64,000 bases of DNA from Octopus bimaculoides (GCF_001194135.2 NC_068983.1:18709484-18773483), one strand, 5' to 3'. Shown: positions 1 through 12,949, counted from the stretch's first letter. A program made the numbers and translations. Notes: generated from the letters alone by a model not told the origin.

Positions 1-275
1 TCTGATTTTGAACACATAGCGACAATTTTCATCACGACCCGCAGTGATAGCATGTAGCGAGAATGTTCTTTGAAAATACATCAATATTTCAATGGATATA
101 TGTGTAAAAGGTTGGGATAAGTATATTCTAAACGGAAATATTGAGAGAAAGTATTACGTTATTTATATCAGTTGAGTCCTGATTGAATATAAGTTAGAAC
201 TATAAACAACTGATGTTGTTAACTGTAAAACCTTAGAATAACTTCAAGCAAGTACCCAACCTAGGAATATTGTTA

Positions 276-276
<1 letters not shown>

Positions 277-344
<68 letters not shown>
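277..344. repeat. (TAA)n microsatellite directly abutting the 5'-truncated end of an R4/Dong-like LINE
   Basis: About 22 perfect TAA units, followed immediately by RT-like coding sequence (RLPTIYKALTAII). Confidence 0.95.
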
Positions 345-345
<1 letters not shown>

Positions 346-2315
346 GTCTCCCTACGATCTACAAAGCCTTGACTGCAATAATATCGCAGAGATTGAGTAA
401 GCACCTGGAAAATAACANNNNNNNNNNNNNNNNNNNNNNNNNNNNNNNNNNNNNNNNNNNNNNNNNNNNNNNNNNNNNNNNNNNNNNNNNNNNNNNNNNN
501 NNNNNNNNNNNNNNNNNNNNNNNNNNNNNNNNNNNNNNNNNNNNNNNNNNNNNNNNNNNNNNNNNNNNNNNNNNNNNNNNNNNNNNNNNNNNNNNNNNNN
601 NNNNNNNNNNNNNNNNNNNNNNNNNNNNNNNNNNNNNNNNNNNNNNNNNNNNNNNNNNNNNNNNNNNNNNNNNNNNNNNNNNNNNNNNNNNNNNNNNNNN
701 NNNNNNNNNNNNNNNNNNNNNNNNNNNNNNNNNNNNNNNNNNNNNNNNNNNNNNNNNNNNNNNNNNNNNNNNNNNNNNNNNNNNNNNNNNNNNNNNNNNN
801 NNNNNNNNNNNNNNNNNNNNNNNNNNNNNNNNNNNNNNNNNNNNNNNNNNNNNNNNNNNNNNNNNNNNNNNNNNNNNNNNNNNNNNNNNNNNNNNNNNNN
901 NNNNNNNNNNNNNNNNNNNNNNNNNNNNNNNNNNNNNNNNNNNNNNNNNNNNNNNNNNNNNNNNNNNNNNNNNNNNNNNNNNNNNNNNNNNNNNNNNNNN
1001 NNNNNNNNNNNNNNNNNNNNNNNNNNNNNNNNNNNNNNNNNNNNNNNNNNNNNNNNNNNNNNNNNNNNNNNNNNNNNNNNNNNNNNNNNNNNNNNNNNNN
1101 NNNNNNNNNNNNNNNNNNNNNNNNNNNNNNNNNNNNNNNNNNNNNNNNNNNNNNNNNNNNNNNNNNNNNNNNNNNNNNNNNNNNNNNNNNGTATTTAGGA
1201 GTCAATGAACTAGGTAGGATACAACATACACAAATGAAAGAAAAAATAAAGAAAGAGTACTATAGACGAGGTAGATCAATACTAAAAACAGAGCTCAATG
1301 CTAAAAACAAGATAATGGGTATCAACACTTTAGCTGTCCCAGTTATAAGCTACAGCTACAACATCCTTAACTGGACACTAAACGAACTATCTAAAATAGA
1401 CAGGAAAACAAGAAAAATAATGACAGGATATAGGATGCACCACCCAAAATCTGACATAGAAAGGCTATATATACAACATACAGAAGGTGGCAGGGGTCTT
1501 ATACAGCTAGAGAACTATTATGAAATAACAACCATAGGACTGCAAAAATACCTACTCCAGAAGCAAGGAAAATTAATACAAATAGCCACAAAACACGAGG
1601 AAAACAAAAAACTGTTTTCAGTATTTANNNNNNNNNNATAGCCACAAAACACGAGGAAAACAAAAAACTGTTTTCAGTATTTAAGGAAGCTGACAAATAC
1701 AAACAAGAAATCAATCTACCTAACAAATACACAGAAGAAGAAGAAGAAGAAGAAACAGCAAAAGTTATAAAACAAATGAAATCCAAACTAAAACTAGAAC
1801 AGCAACGGACCATGATAAAACGATGGCAAGAAAAGCCCCTACATATTAAATACTGGGCTAAACTAAATGCAAAAGAAATAGACAGAGAAAAATCCCAGTA
1901 ATCGTTGAGAAGCTCAGGACTCAAAGCAGAGACTGACGGATTTTTAATTGCTGCACAAGTCCAAAGCCTCCCCACCAGAATTTACCAAAAACACATAATG
2001 AAAACAAACATAACAAGTAACTGTAGAATATGTGGAGATGGACAAGAAACAATAAATCATATTATCTCTGGCTGCCCAGTCCTGGCTAAGAAGGAATATA
2101 TTCACAGACATGACAGAGCTGGGACCTATATACACTGGAAACTATGCCAACACTATGGAATAATAACAGGAAAAAGATGGTATAAACACATGCCAGAAAA
2201 GGTCACAGAAAACGAGAAAGCAACCATACTCTGGGATATGCCAATGCACACAGATAGAGAAATTAAGGCAAATAGACCAGATATAGTTGTCAAAGACCAT
2301 GAAGAAAACAAATGC
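345..2315 (+). mobile_element. R4/Dong-clade non-LTR retrotransposon fragment, family A (RT, thumb, CCHC zinc knuckle, start of REL endonuclease); 5'- and 3'-truncated
   Basis: Motifs: xLPTIYKALTAII (RT start); YLG after the gap; MHHPKSDIERLYIQHTEGGRGL; LKAETDGFLIAAQ; CRICGDGQETINHIISGC...RHD (CCHC); ILWD...NRPDIVV (REL PD motif). N-gap at 418-1190 and one in-frame stop near 1900. Confidence 0.92.
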
Positions 2316-4256
2316 CATCAAAAGAAGTGGAGGAATTTTGGAATAAAATTGGGCAGAAGAAAATACACCTTAACAAGGTCTCTTGGATTAATAGAATATC
2401 TACTCACTTAGACTCCTCAGGAAGGCAAGCAAAAGGAAGTCTCCAGGAATGGATAAAAGTTTCTAACTTCTGGTTGAATGTCTTCGCAGACAGCCATGAA
2501 CTACTAACAAAACTTTACAACATTTTTTTGCAACAGCCTAGTATGATTCCCTCTTGGATACTTAATGGTGTTATATTCTTATTTCAGAAAAAAAAAATGA
2601 AGGAACAGATGAGCAAAACATTAATGACCCCATAATCTGCTTAACAACAATGTATAAAATACTAACGTCTATCTTGACTGAATACACCTATAGTTTTTTC
2701 ATAAAAAGTGGCATATTCCCTAATGAGCGAAATGGATTTAAACGTTGGTCCTATTCTCGTAAAGATCAGCTACTTATCAGTAAGATGATGTTAGAAGATT
2801 GTCAAAAACGACAGAAAAACTTTTTCGATAGCCTTGTTAGACTATAAAAAAGCTTTTGATGGTCTGCCACATAGCTGTATTAATAAACGTGTGGAAATTT
2901 ATAAAATATCACCTAGTCTGCAAAACGTCTAGTCTTTAATATGAGATCACACACCGATTTGAATAGTGACAATGAATCTCTCAATGCTGGAGATGTAAGA
3001 ATTTCATGTGGAATTTTCCAGGGTGACTCTCTATCACCAATCCACTTTTATGTAGCATTAATACTCCTCTCGGAATTGATCGATGATGTAGATGGCTATA
3101 AAACTTTCGCTAAATATATAAACCATCTCTTTTACATGGATGATTTAAAGCTCTTATCAAAACATGATCCACAACTACAGGGATTACTAGCACTTGTTAA
3201 AAAATTCAGTGATGACATCAGTTTGCAATTTGTCCTCGATAAATGTGCAAAAGCTGCCTTTATCAAAGGAAAAATGACAGAAACATCCAACGTTAATCTT
3301 GAGCAGCAGAATATCATATATGAGTTAGACCAGTGGAGAGCTACAAACACCAAGGGGTATATGAAGTTCATGGAATCGAACATTCAATGATGAGGGAAAT
3401 GATCAGAAGAAAATGTTATCGCAGGGTAAGGGCAATACTCAAGACAGAGCTGAATGCAAGAAATAGGATCGAAGCGATCAATACTTTAGCCAAACCGGTC
3501 GTGACTTACAGTTTCTATATCATTATCTGGTCAATTAATGAAAAGGCTATCTTGACAGAAAAATAGGAAAATTGTTGACAATGCATTGAATGCACCATCC
3601 TAAGACAGAAATAGAACAACTTTACCTGCCAAGAAAGAGGTTGGCAGTGGACGTTTACAACTAGAATTAACAATGAAGATTGCTACAATTGGACTAAGCA
3701 CCTACCTGAAACACTGTGATGACTGGATGTTAAAACGTGTCTTAAATCACGAAAACAAGAAAGCATCACACTCAGTAACAAGTGAATTCCAAACACAACA
3801 AATTTCAGAATTAGACGTACGGGAAACAAACAGAAACAAACTACGCGTATGAAAACTTGCGCTAAAAGTGCCACCCTAGATATCCTTAGTGATAAATGGC
3901 AAGCTAAACCTCTCAATGGCAAATACCCAACGAGCTAATAATGCCGAAGTTGACAAAGCACTTATCCATTAATGGTTAGTGTCTTCTGGCTTAAAATCAG
4001 ATACAGAAGGGTTTCTCCTAGCAGTTCAAGATCAATGTCTACCTACATGGAGCTCTCAGCCCAACATATAAACGAACGGCAGTAGACCAACAGATCGTGT
4101 ATGTAAACAACAAAATGAAACCATTGATCATGTTGTCTCCTTGTGTAGTCTTCTTGCGTCTACGGAGTATCTTAATAGGCATGATAAAGCGGCACAGTAT
4201 ATACACTGGGTAATTTGCAAAACCCGCGACCTGCCCCACGATAAAAACTGGTGACA
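2312..4256 (+). mobile_element. Degenerate R4-clade LINE fragment, family B (pre-RT region through CCHC zinc knuckle)
   Basis: Motifs with stops and frameshifts: EVEEFW; NFWL; ITCLTTMYKILT; DYKKAFD; GIFQGDSLSP; INHLFYMDDLKL; DKCAK; LKTELNARNRIEAINT; ETIDHVVSLC...RHDKAAQYIHW. Confidence 0.9.
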
Positions 4257-4289
4257 ACGTTACACCGAGTAGGCTCAGAGTTTCTGATC

Positions 4290-5575
4290 TAGCTCCAGCC
4301 TGTCGATATCCAGAAAGGGTTCACCACACACTGCCTAGATGGAGCAAGCACATTAATGCTGTGGTCATGGAGTGGTACTACCTGAGCAGCCCGGTAGATG
4401 AAAATCGTGCTCAAATTAGGGGTTACCGACAACGTATATATGATCATTGGAGAGAAAAGTGATTGTTTCAACTCACTGAGCAGAGACTATGTGATCAATA
4501 TAGAGCAATAATAAAACAATATGTTGGTTTACAGAAGTAGAGGTCGAAGCTATCAAAAGACGGGTCAGGAAAAATAGCAGTAGAGGTAACAATGAAAATA
4601 GAGATCTTACTAATAAGAACAATATCAGAGCACAGGAAAGGAACGGTGGTAGTTTATTGATGAGAGACATATAGATGATCTAAAAGAAGACAATAACACT
4701 AATAGCTACATGACAGATGAACAAAAGGCAACCTACGACAGATTATATGTAAGACTACAGGAGAAAGATAGCGACATTATTTGCAAACTTAAAATGGTTG
4801 ATCGATGGAAACTGAACCAAAAAACGAAAGATGTCAATGAAATTCTGAAATACATCACAACAAACTACATCTCAGAAACAAATAATTTGATCAAGGCAGC
4901 AAGTACTGTTGTAGCAGAAAATGTGGGTGTTGATGTCAAGAAAGAGAAACATAATGGGAGTGGCAAAAGAAAAGATCCATGGTGGAAAAGAAGAATCCAG
5001 GCAGGGTTAGACATGTTCTCGAAGGAAAGCTCTGTGGAAGACCGAAAAGAGAAAGGGGAGCTTAAAAGCGAACAAAAATGCCGGGCGCTGAAAAGGAAGT
5101 ATAACATTGAAAGAAAGGGCCTGAAAGTAGTAGTGGAGGAACTGAAACAACGCCTAGTTGCAAAGAAAGCAAAGATGGTAAGATACGACCAAATAATGAA
5201 GGGTCACCACCAGAATAGATTAATCAAAGTAGATCAGAAGAGAATCTATAAAGAAATAAATGGAGAGTGTGCAGATGAAAACCTGGTACCAAATAGCATT
5301 GAAGCCAAAGGTTTTGGAGTGACATCTGGAGCAAAGACAAGGAGCACAAGAAGGATGCTGAATGGTTGCAAGAAATGAAACAAACAGTAGTCTGTCGAAA
5401 ACAAGCAGAACTAGTCTTTTCAGTTAGGGAAGTGAAGAGTATTAGCAAAAGCATGAGCAACTGGAAGGCTTCGGGACCAGATGTAGTTCAAGCTACTGGA
5501 TCAAAAGATTTGATGAATGTCATGCACGAATAGCTGCGCAACTCAACACCTTGTTAAATGCCCAAGAAATCACTG
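4290..5575 (+). mobile_element. Degenerate R4-clade LINE 5' fragment, family C (N-terminal domain up to the beginning of RT)
   Basis: RWSKHINAVVME.YY; GYRQRIYDHW; TEQRLCDQYRAI (N-terminal conserved block); PWWKRRIQ; EELKQRLVAKKAK; NRLIKVDQKRIYKEING; NWKASGPD..Q.YWIK. It ends before the RT core. Confidence 0.85.
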
Positions 5576-5917
5576 TTGTTATAGGCCTTTTACTTCAATG
5601 AACTAAAAGAAATTCGATAATGCACGTTTTATCTTAAGAAAATATTAACATGCAGCTGTTCATAGATGAGCTATATATAGATAGTTATAGTTAAACTCAA
5701 GATCTCAACGCCTACTCAAGATGACCTTTTATCAATACAAGGTATTCTACTCCTACGTCGACTTCATGTCTCTCCAAAAGTATATATAATTGCAGCAGAA
5801 TTTACTTTATACGTATTGCATTTCTTTCACTCAAAATCTGAGACAGAACAAAATTCCTTATCTCAAAATACGTGTTTTTTCAAGCAGCAAGTAATTGCTG
5901 TCAATCATTTTCAAATA

Positions 5918-5920
<3 letters not shown>

Positions 5921-5993
<73 letters not shown>
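5921..5993. repeat. (TC)n microsatellite
   Basis: Perfect dinucleotide run. Confidence 0.95.
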
Positions 5994-5999
<6 letters not shown>

Positions 6000-7818
6000 A
6001 TCTGTCTTTTTTTCTTTCTCTCTCGCAATGTCTTCCTCTCTGTCTATCCTGACCTAAAAAAATGTTAAACGACAAGGGAGATAATTATTGATTATAATAT
6101 ACCAAAAAGAAAACATGGCTGTCATAGAAATGATGTTATGTGAACGATAAATTAATGACTGACAAAAGCATCTATTAGCACGTGTGAACGTTGTTTGAGA
6201 TCTCTGAATTTATAACTCTGAATAAATGTCTTTGTAAAATCTGTGCAGATTCTTCTACATTACTCCACATCCTCTTACTATCATACACAACTCATCTATC
6301 TAAATATTCGATATGTTGGGAAAACAACACTTTTATCAAGAAAGGTAATATACACAAGAAACAGAGTCGTGTTCTATCACATGTTCACTTAGAATATGTT
6401 GCGAAATAAAGATTTAGCAAATGCAATTATAAACGTAGAAAACAGTAAAAAAAAAAAAAAAAAAAACCNNNNNNNNNNNNNNNNNNNNNNNNNNNNNNNN
6501 NNNNNNNNNNNNNNNNNNNNNNNNNNNNNNNNNNNNNNNNNNNNNNNNNNNNNNNNNNNNNNNNNNNNNNNNNNNNNNNNNNNNNNNNNNNNNNNNNNNN
6601 NNNNNNNNNNNNNNNNNNNNNNNNNNNNNNNNNNNNNNNNNNNNNNNNNNNNNNNNNNNNNNNNNNNNNNNNNNNNNNNNNNNNNNNNNNNNNNNNNNNN
6701 NNNNNNNNNNNNNNNNNNNNNNNNNNNNNNNNNNNNNNNNNNNNNNNNNNNNNNNNNNNNNNNNNNNNNNNNNNNNNNNNNNNNNNNNNNNNNNNNNNNN
6801 NNNNNNNNNNNNNNNNNNNNNNNNNNNNNNNNNNNNNNNNNNNNNNNNNNNNNNNNNNNNNNNNNNNNNNNNNNNNNNNNNNNNNNNNNNNNNNNNNNNN
6901 NNNNNNNNNNNNNNNNNNNNNNNNNNNNNNNNNNNNNNNNNNNNNNNNNNNNNNNNNNNNNNNNNNNNNNNNNNNNNNNNNNNNNNNNNNNNNNNNNNNN
7001 NNNNNNNNNNNNNNNNNNNNNNNNNNNNNNNNNNNNNNNNNNNGGGATGTATATATACGTATGTGTGTACGTGTATGTTTGCTTGTTTGAGTCTTTTTCA
7101 GCTGTGTTACCTAGATAAACTATTTAGATGCGTCCTGAATTATTATATTGAATCTGATGAAATTATGACAATATTTAGTCAACCCAGTGTTTCGACGATT
7201 ATAAACAATTCGTCTGCACAATATACGTGCACGTAGAAAAACAAAAAGGACCACCTACTCTCAAATTTGTACACGTTTTCTTCTAGGTTTGCACTTCACC
7301 TTCAACTATCCACAAACACACGGTGCATGAATCAGCTAATAATAGAGTATTTTTTAAAGCTGTTACCACGAGATTCAAGATTAAATTAATGGACATGATG
7401 ATGTATCATTTCATTAATACAATATACTATAAACATATCAGTAATTTTTGTCTTAGAAAACGCTGTTTTAAGACGCGTATATGCAATGTCAAAATAACGT
7501 TTGTGATATCATTGAATCGAGAAAATCATGATTTTATATTTTCTTTCTGGAACCAATTTTATGGTAGTTCTCTGAAATTTGCTTAACTGATTAATAACCT
7601 CAGTTCTCTCCACTTTATTAATCTCTTTTATTAAATTGTTATTAATTTGTTTTAGACTGTCTCACAATTTTAAAATTTACAAGTATTTGACAAAATAAAA
7701 TGGGTAAAATACCAAAAAAAAATTTTTCGCGCATTTTCCCAATGTATCTACAAAATAGCATCTAACAAATGCACGTCTACAGATGAATTGAATTTACACT
7801 AATACTTACACACAGACT

Positions 7819-7861
7819 CACACACGCACACACACACACACACACACACGCGCGCGCACGC

Positions 7862-7922
<61 letters not shown>
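7819..7922. repeat. Compound (CA)n-(CG)n-(TA)n alternating purine/pyrimidine tract
   Basis: Read directly from the sequence. Confidence 0.95.
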
Positions 7923-7934
7923 GTGTATATTTAA

Positions 7935-8037
7935 ATACATAAGAGTAATCCACTCATGGGATTCCTTACGCTAGAAAGAGCAGCTAGATTCTAAAACCTC
8001 AAAATTAGGGATAAAATCCCGAAAGGAATGAACTGAA
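7935..8037 (+). mobile_element. Possible Penelope-like GIY-YIG C-terminal remnant
   Basis: Frameshifted translation DSLR*KEQLDSKTSKLGIKS/PKGMN* resembles the E...I.KL.T..P.G.N end of GIY-YIG domains. Short and degenerate. Confidence 0.3.
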
Positions 8038-8630
8038 AAATAAAAACCTTTACCATCTCTTCTCCTGGACAAATTGGTTGATCCGAAAAAAATTAGGATG
8101 TATAAAAGAGAGGCATGGAATTGATTGCCTCGTATTTATATATTTTAGTCTTCGGTGTACCGTTTGAGAACGAAATTCACCTAGCAAATTATCTTATTTG
8201 CTAAACTAAAGTAAGAAACCAATTGGTCCAGGAGAAGAGACTTAAACAATTTGAGCCCAAATATATGCGTATAAAAAGAGATGTAAAATCAAAACGCTTT
8301 ACTAAATAAGAGAAGTATTTCACCTTCTACTTTCCTAGTACCCTATATATATATCTGGATTCACAATACGTATCTGAGCTGCTATGATACATACTCCATA
8401 TCTAAACCAAATAGTTTTCTTTAAGTATGGATGCCATTGAAACTATATAATTAGAATTGATGTAGTTTGGTATACTGAGAGGAAACATTATGTGAGGTTT
8501 TAGATGATCTGTTATCATTTGCTAACACGTGTTAAAGTATTCATTGAAACATTAGACACTACATGTATTTATAAATCTTTTGTATCAAAATTATAAAGAA
8601 AGAATTCATCTATCGTGAAAAGTAATTGTA

Positions 8631-8830
8631 TTATTTTCTAGTCTAGGCACAAGGCCCGAAATCTTTTGTTAGATCGACCCCAGTACGTAAGTGTTACTTT
8701 ATTTATGGACCTCAAAAGGATAAAAGGCAAAATCGACCCCGGCGGAATTTGAACTCAGAACGTAACGGCAAAAGAAATACCGATTAGAATATCGCCGGGC
8801 GTTCTAACGATTCTGCCAGCACGCCGTCCT
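8631..8830 (-). mobile_element. tRNA-derived SINE (octopus-type), full length
   Basis: Reverse complement matches the better-preserved copies at 43181 and 60429: GCTGGCAGAATCGTTAG head, GAGTTCAAATTCCGCC B-box-like motif, GGGCCTTGTGCCTAGA tail. Confidence 0.9.
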
Positions 8831-10021
8831 AAAATGCTATTTTGTTATTAGTTTTATTTTTATGTTACCGGAAAAAAAATCGAAAGTCTTCCCTTTCATC
8901 ACTTTACATATTGTGTTGAAATGACACCGATGTTGACTCTTTCAAGATTTTGGGTTGATAAAATAAGCAATAATTGAGAGCACCCAAAAACGTGCAAAAA
9001 TAAGAATGGTTCATAAGTTATTTTCATGGATTTCAACAAATATAAAATTGAAAAGAAAATGCATGGGCTCTATATACTTTCTGCACGTTTGCAGCATATA
9101 AAATATTATATCACTGTATATTTCGTAAGAAGCATAACTATTGAACAATTAATGATCCTTTGACTATATTTTGCCGTCTTTTGTAAAATAGAAAGCAGTA
9201 ACAATAGGGGACTCGTCAATAATTTAACCAGTTATTGTTAGCTATTTCCACTTTGTAACCATAGATATAGTAAGGATAGGAATGTTGCAATTATTTTTGA
9301 AATTGCGGTAAAGGAAGTAAATAAGAATCCATAGGCTGCCTTCCCTAACTTACAATTTGATTTCATACATTTCATTTGTGCGTAGCGCAGAATCCCAAGT
9401 GATATTTTCCTTCAATTACTAAGAAAAAGCGAAATGCTTTCCAAAATTAGAACACTGAAAATAAATAATAATAAAATTAGGAACTTCCTTCGGAGAATGT
9501 ATTTTATATACGTAATGAAATGTTCCACAGCTGACAGAAACGAAATTATATAGTCACTGTTTCTGTAGATTATAGAAATGATTTTTTTTTTTTTGTGGGA
9601 GTCAATCTTCCGCTATATGCTATGCTGACAACATAGGAACAGTACGTCTGAAATCTAATTAACAATCATAATTATAAAATATTCTACGATAATATAACAT
9701 ATATGATCTACAGCAGCAACAAAATTGGAAATTACTGCATAATTGTCTTTCAGAGGATATAGAAAAGTATGGAAAGAGCGAAGGAAACGAAATAAAATAA
9801 AAAAAATAAACTACGCGTTTGAATGTGTGATGCTAAATGCAATTCTAGATTCACAATGTAGGAACGATCTCTTTTGTAACAACTAGGAAATGGTGATGTT
9901 ACCATAAAATAAAGCATTGCTAGTAATAACGAACAAGCTCCATTAATCCATCACCTCTCTCCAACGCCAGAGATTGCAACACATACATATATTAAATTTT
10001 TTAGAGATTGCTAAATATTGA

Positions 10022-10234
10022 TTTCAAATTTTAGCACAGGGCCTGGAATTCGGAGGAGGAAGGGGGAAGTCGATTACATCTACTCCAGTGCTAAACTGGT
10101 ACTTATTTTAACGACTCCGAAAGGATGAATGGCATAGACGTACTCGGTGGAATTTGACCTCAAAACACGAAGACGGATGACATGCCGTTAAGCATTTCAG
10201 CCGGCCTACTAACTATTCTACCAGCTCGCTGCCT
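10022..10234 (-). mobile_element. tRNA-derived SINE, diverged full-length copy
   Basis: Same head, AAATAAGTACCAG core and tail as the other copies, on the minus strand. Confidence 0.85.
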
Positions 10235-10434
10235 TTACATCACTAAATATTGAGTGTGGTTTTCTTTGTGAGGGAAAAACACAGAAAGCAGCATATTAAA
10301 TGTAGTAAACTTCAATAAATATTCTCATTTATTGATTCACATAAATGAAATATTCATATAACATGTATAGACGCATCAAATTGGGGATCGAAAAAAGCAA
10401 ATTGGAGACGAGTACGAAGTAAATTATAGTGAAG

Positions 10435-10582
10435 CCAGTGCTAAATTGGTACTTATTTTATCGACACCAAGGAAGGAAAGGCAAAGTCAATGTCGACGGA
10501 ATTTGAACACACATCATAAAGCGTTAAGAAATACTTCTAAGCGTTTTCTCTTATGTACCTACGATTCTGGCAGTTCACCCAC
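10435..10582 (-). mobile_element. tRNA-derived SINE, partial diverged copy
   Basis: Contains TGGTACTTATTTTATCGAC, AAGGCAAAGTC, GGAATTTGAAC and ACGATTCTG.CAG. Confidence 0.8.
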
Positions 10583-10845
10583 CAATGTAGATAAATGTAC
10601 AATAAAATTGTCCTGCAAACATAGTGTCAATTTCTAATTATATTGTTTCTGTTCTTTCATAAACGCTGAAAATGTCTAATTTGACACGCATTCATTGATT
10701 TGCAATGTAGGAAGTTTGGAATTTTCTTGATAAATTTTCAGACCAGTTTCGACTGCTGTTTTCATAAGGAGGCGCCTTTATCTGAGATTATTAACGATAA
10801 CATTAGCATTCATCTGTCACTCTCGCGTTTTCATTTCTATTCGCT

Positions 10846-10904
<59 letters not shown>

Positions 10905-12949
10905 CTCTCTCTCCCTCTCTCTCTCTATTTCTCTCTCTCCTTCTCTCTCTTTCTGTTTGTCGGTGTTTTCTTTCTCCTTCTCTCTCTCCGGGGACTGGCA
11001 AACTGTTACTGGCAGAAGATTGTTATTTATCTATAGCGCTGTCTGATGTATGACTTTTGTTTGTATTTCATAAGAATGCCAATATTTTCATGAAATCCTC
11101 AGAACTGTCATGCCATAGATTTTTTACGCTTAATTTTTTTTTTTTAATAATGATGTATCATGTAGGTTTTCACATTCCATAAAATAAAAATAATCATGTG
11201 TTTCTTTTTTTCTTCTTTATAATATAATTTCCTCATATTATGTATGCGTGCTTGATTTTACTTGAAATTCTCCTTTATCTTTTTGTTCTGGAAAATATTA
11301 TTGCTACTATATTCATACCAGTTTGAAAATGGAAAATTTGGTTTCGTGAGCATAATGTCATAAGATAGTTCTGCTACAATCATTCATTAACGTAAAATTG
11401 TTTTTGTGTAGTGAGATTGCAATAAACATATTTATTACGTTTGCAAATATTAGTACGCGTCTTTTCAGCGCAGGAGGCGGCGCACTTCTGGAACGGACTG
11501 ACAACATACAAAACCGAACCGTTAACTGGTTGAGTAAACGGATTCTATTAAGTGAAATAACTGAACAGCATGTTGAGTGGTGACCTGCTGAGAAGAGTCC
11601 CAATCAAGAAGAGAAAATGGATAACTTCTGGCCAATAATTCTCCAAAACGTATTTGAATATTTAGACAAAGTTGCTGCTCTTGAAGTTGGCTTGAGAAAC
11701 TGGGAAACATGAGCGATTCGTGACAGATCTATCAACGACAACACTCTCCTCAAGTGATACATCACACAGAGAGTTGGTACTACCCTTTCGAACTCATTAC
11801 TTTTCTGTCTTATTAACAGCTAGCCTTAGCCTCCAGTTCAGAGGATTGATCGGTGAAATATATAGAGATCAAACATAAACTCTGTCCCTCTGTCACTCTC
11901 TCTTTCTCTCTTTCCCCTCTCTCATTCTCTCTTTCCCCTCTCTCTTTTTCGTTCTTTCCCCTCTCTCTTTCTCCCGTCCCCACTATCTCTCTGTCACACA
12001 CCGTAAATTCATGACTGCATGAGTACACAACGTCAGAATGATCATGTCGGACACGGCCATGATCATTTTGTTTCACTATTGAGGATCTGTTGTAGCTATA
12101 GTTAATACATAACACATTTAATAGATATCTGAGTATCAAAAAACAATAACAAAGCAGTATTAAGATTTTCTAACAAACAAAAAGCACAAATAAAAATGCA
12201 AATTCAGTAATTTACCTAGCACCTTAACAGCGATCCAAAGTTCTGTTGCAACGGAACACCTACATTGCATAATATAGAAGAGTTTCATTTACTCATGTTG
12301 CAAGTCGCAGGAAGTTTCTGAATATGAGCTGTGCAAAGCAAAGGGAATAATTGAGAACGAAGTTTCTTGCCATTTTAGCAAATAATTTTCCTCTGTCAAA
12401 ATGTAGTAAAATAAGCTGCTGCTGATTTTACAAACTAGTCAATGTTTTTTTTCTATTTTGCTGAAAATTTCGAACTGAATTAAGTTTGTATTGTATCCTC
12501 TCAAAAGGAGCAGGTCTTATTGAATCCTTTTCAGGTGTGTATGACGCTGGATGAAGTCAATAATGAGGCACACAAGCAGGGTCCCCATTATATTTTAAAG
12601 AAAGATGAGTGTAATATTATGGAATAGTTTTTGTAGATGCGGAACATTTCGTCCATTGCAGTCTTAGTAAGTGATTGCTAGTAGAATTTGAGTGCAGATA
12701 TCATACACTAAAACTTGTCATGAACCGTGTGTTTGTTGCTTTTCATACTGATAGACTTCGTAGACCTCAATTCCAGTGCATTGAGAGCTTTACCAATGAC
12801 AACACTAAATGCAGATCATTGAAATCAAACGCAGATGGAGAGGCCAAACCTGAAGTACTTTTGTTCGTAGATCCATCAATGTGGGAACCATTAGACGAAA
12901 TACGCACATAGGACAACTAGGAACAGAAGAAAGTGTTTACCCAACATCA

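Noticed and set aside
1581-1683. Apparent 45-bp tandem duplication (ATAGCCACAAAACACGAGG...TCAGTATTTA) inside the LINE ORF
   Set aside because: The two copies flank a 10-N gap, the typical signature of overlapping contig ends; an assembly artefact.
7278-7330. Possible 36-nt micro-exon after TTTTCTTCTAG (GLHFTFNYPQTH)
   Set aside because: The donor GTGCAT is weak, there is no recognisable homology, and such sites are frequent by chance in AT-rich DNA.
12034-12070. 13-bp hairpin CAGAATGATCATG/CATGATCATTTTG
   Set aside because: The pairing comes mostly from a repeated self-palindromic ATGATCAT; it is too short for a pre-miRNA and has no other support.
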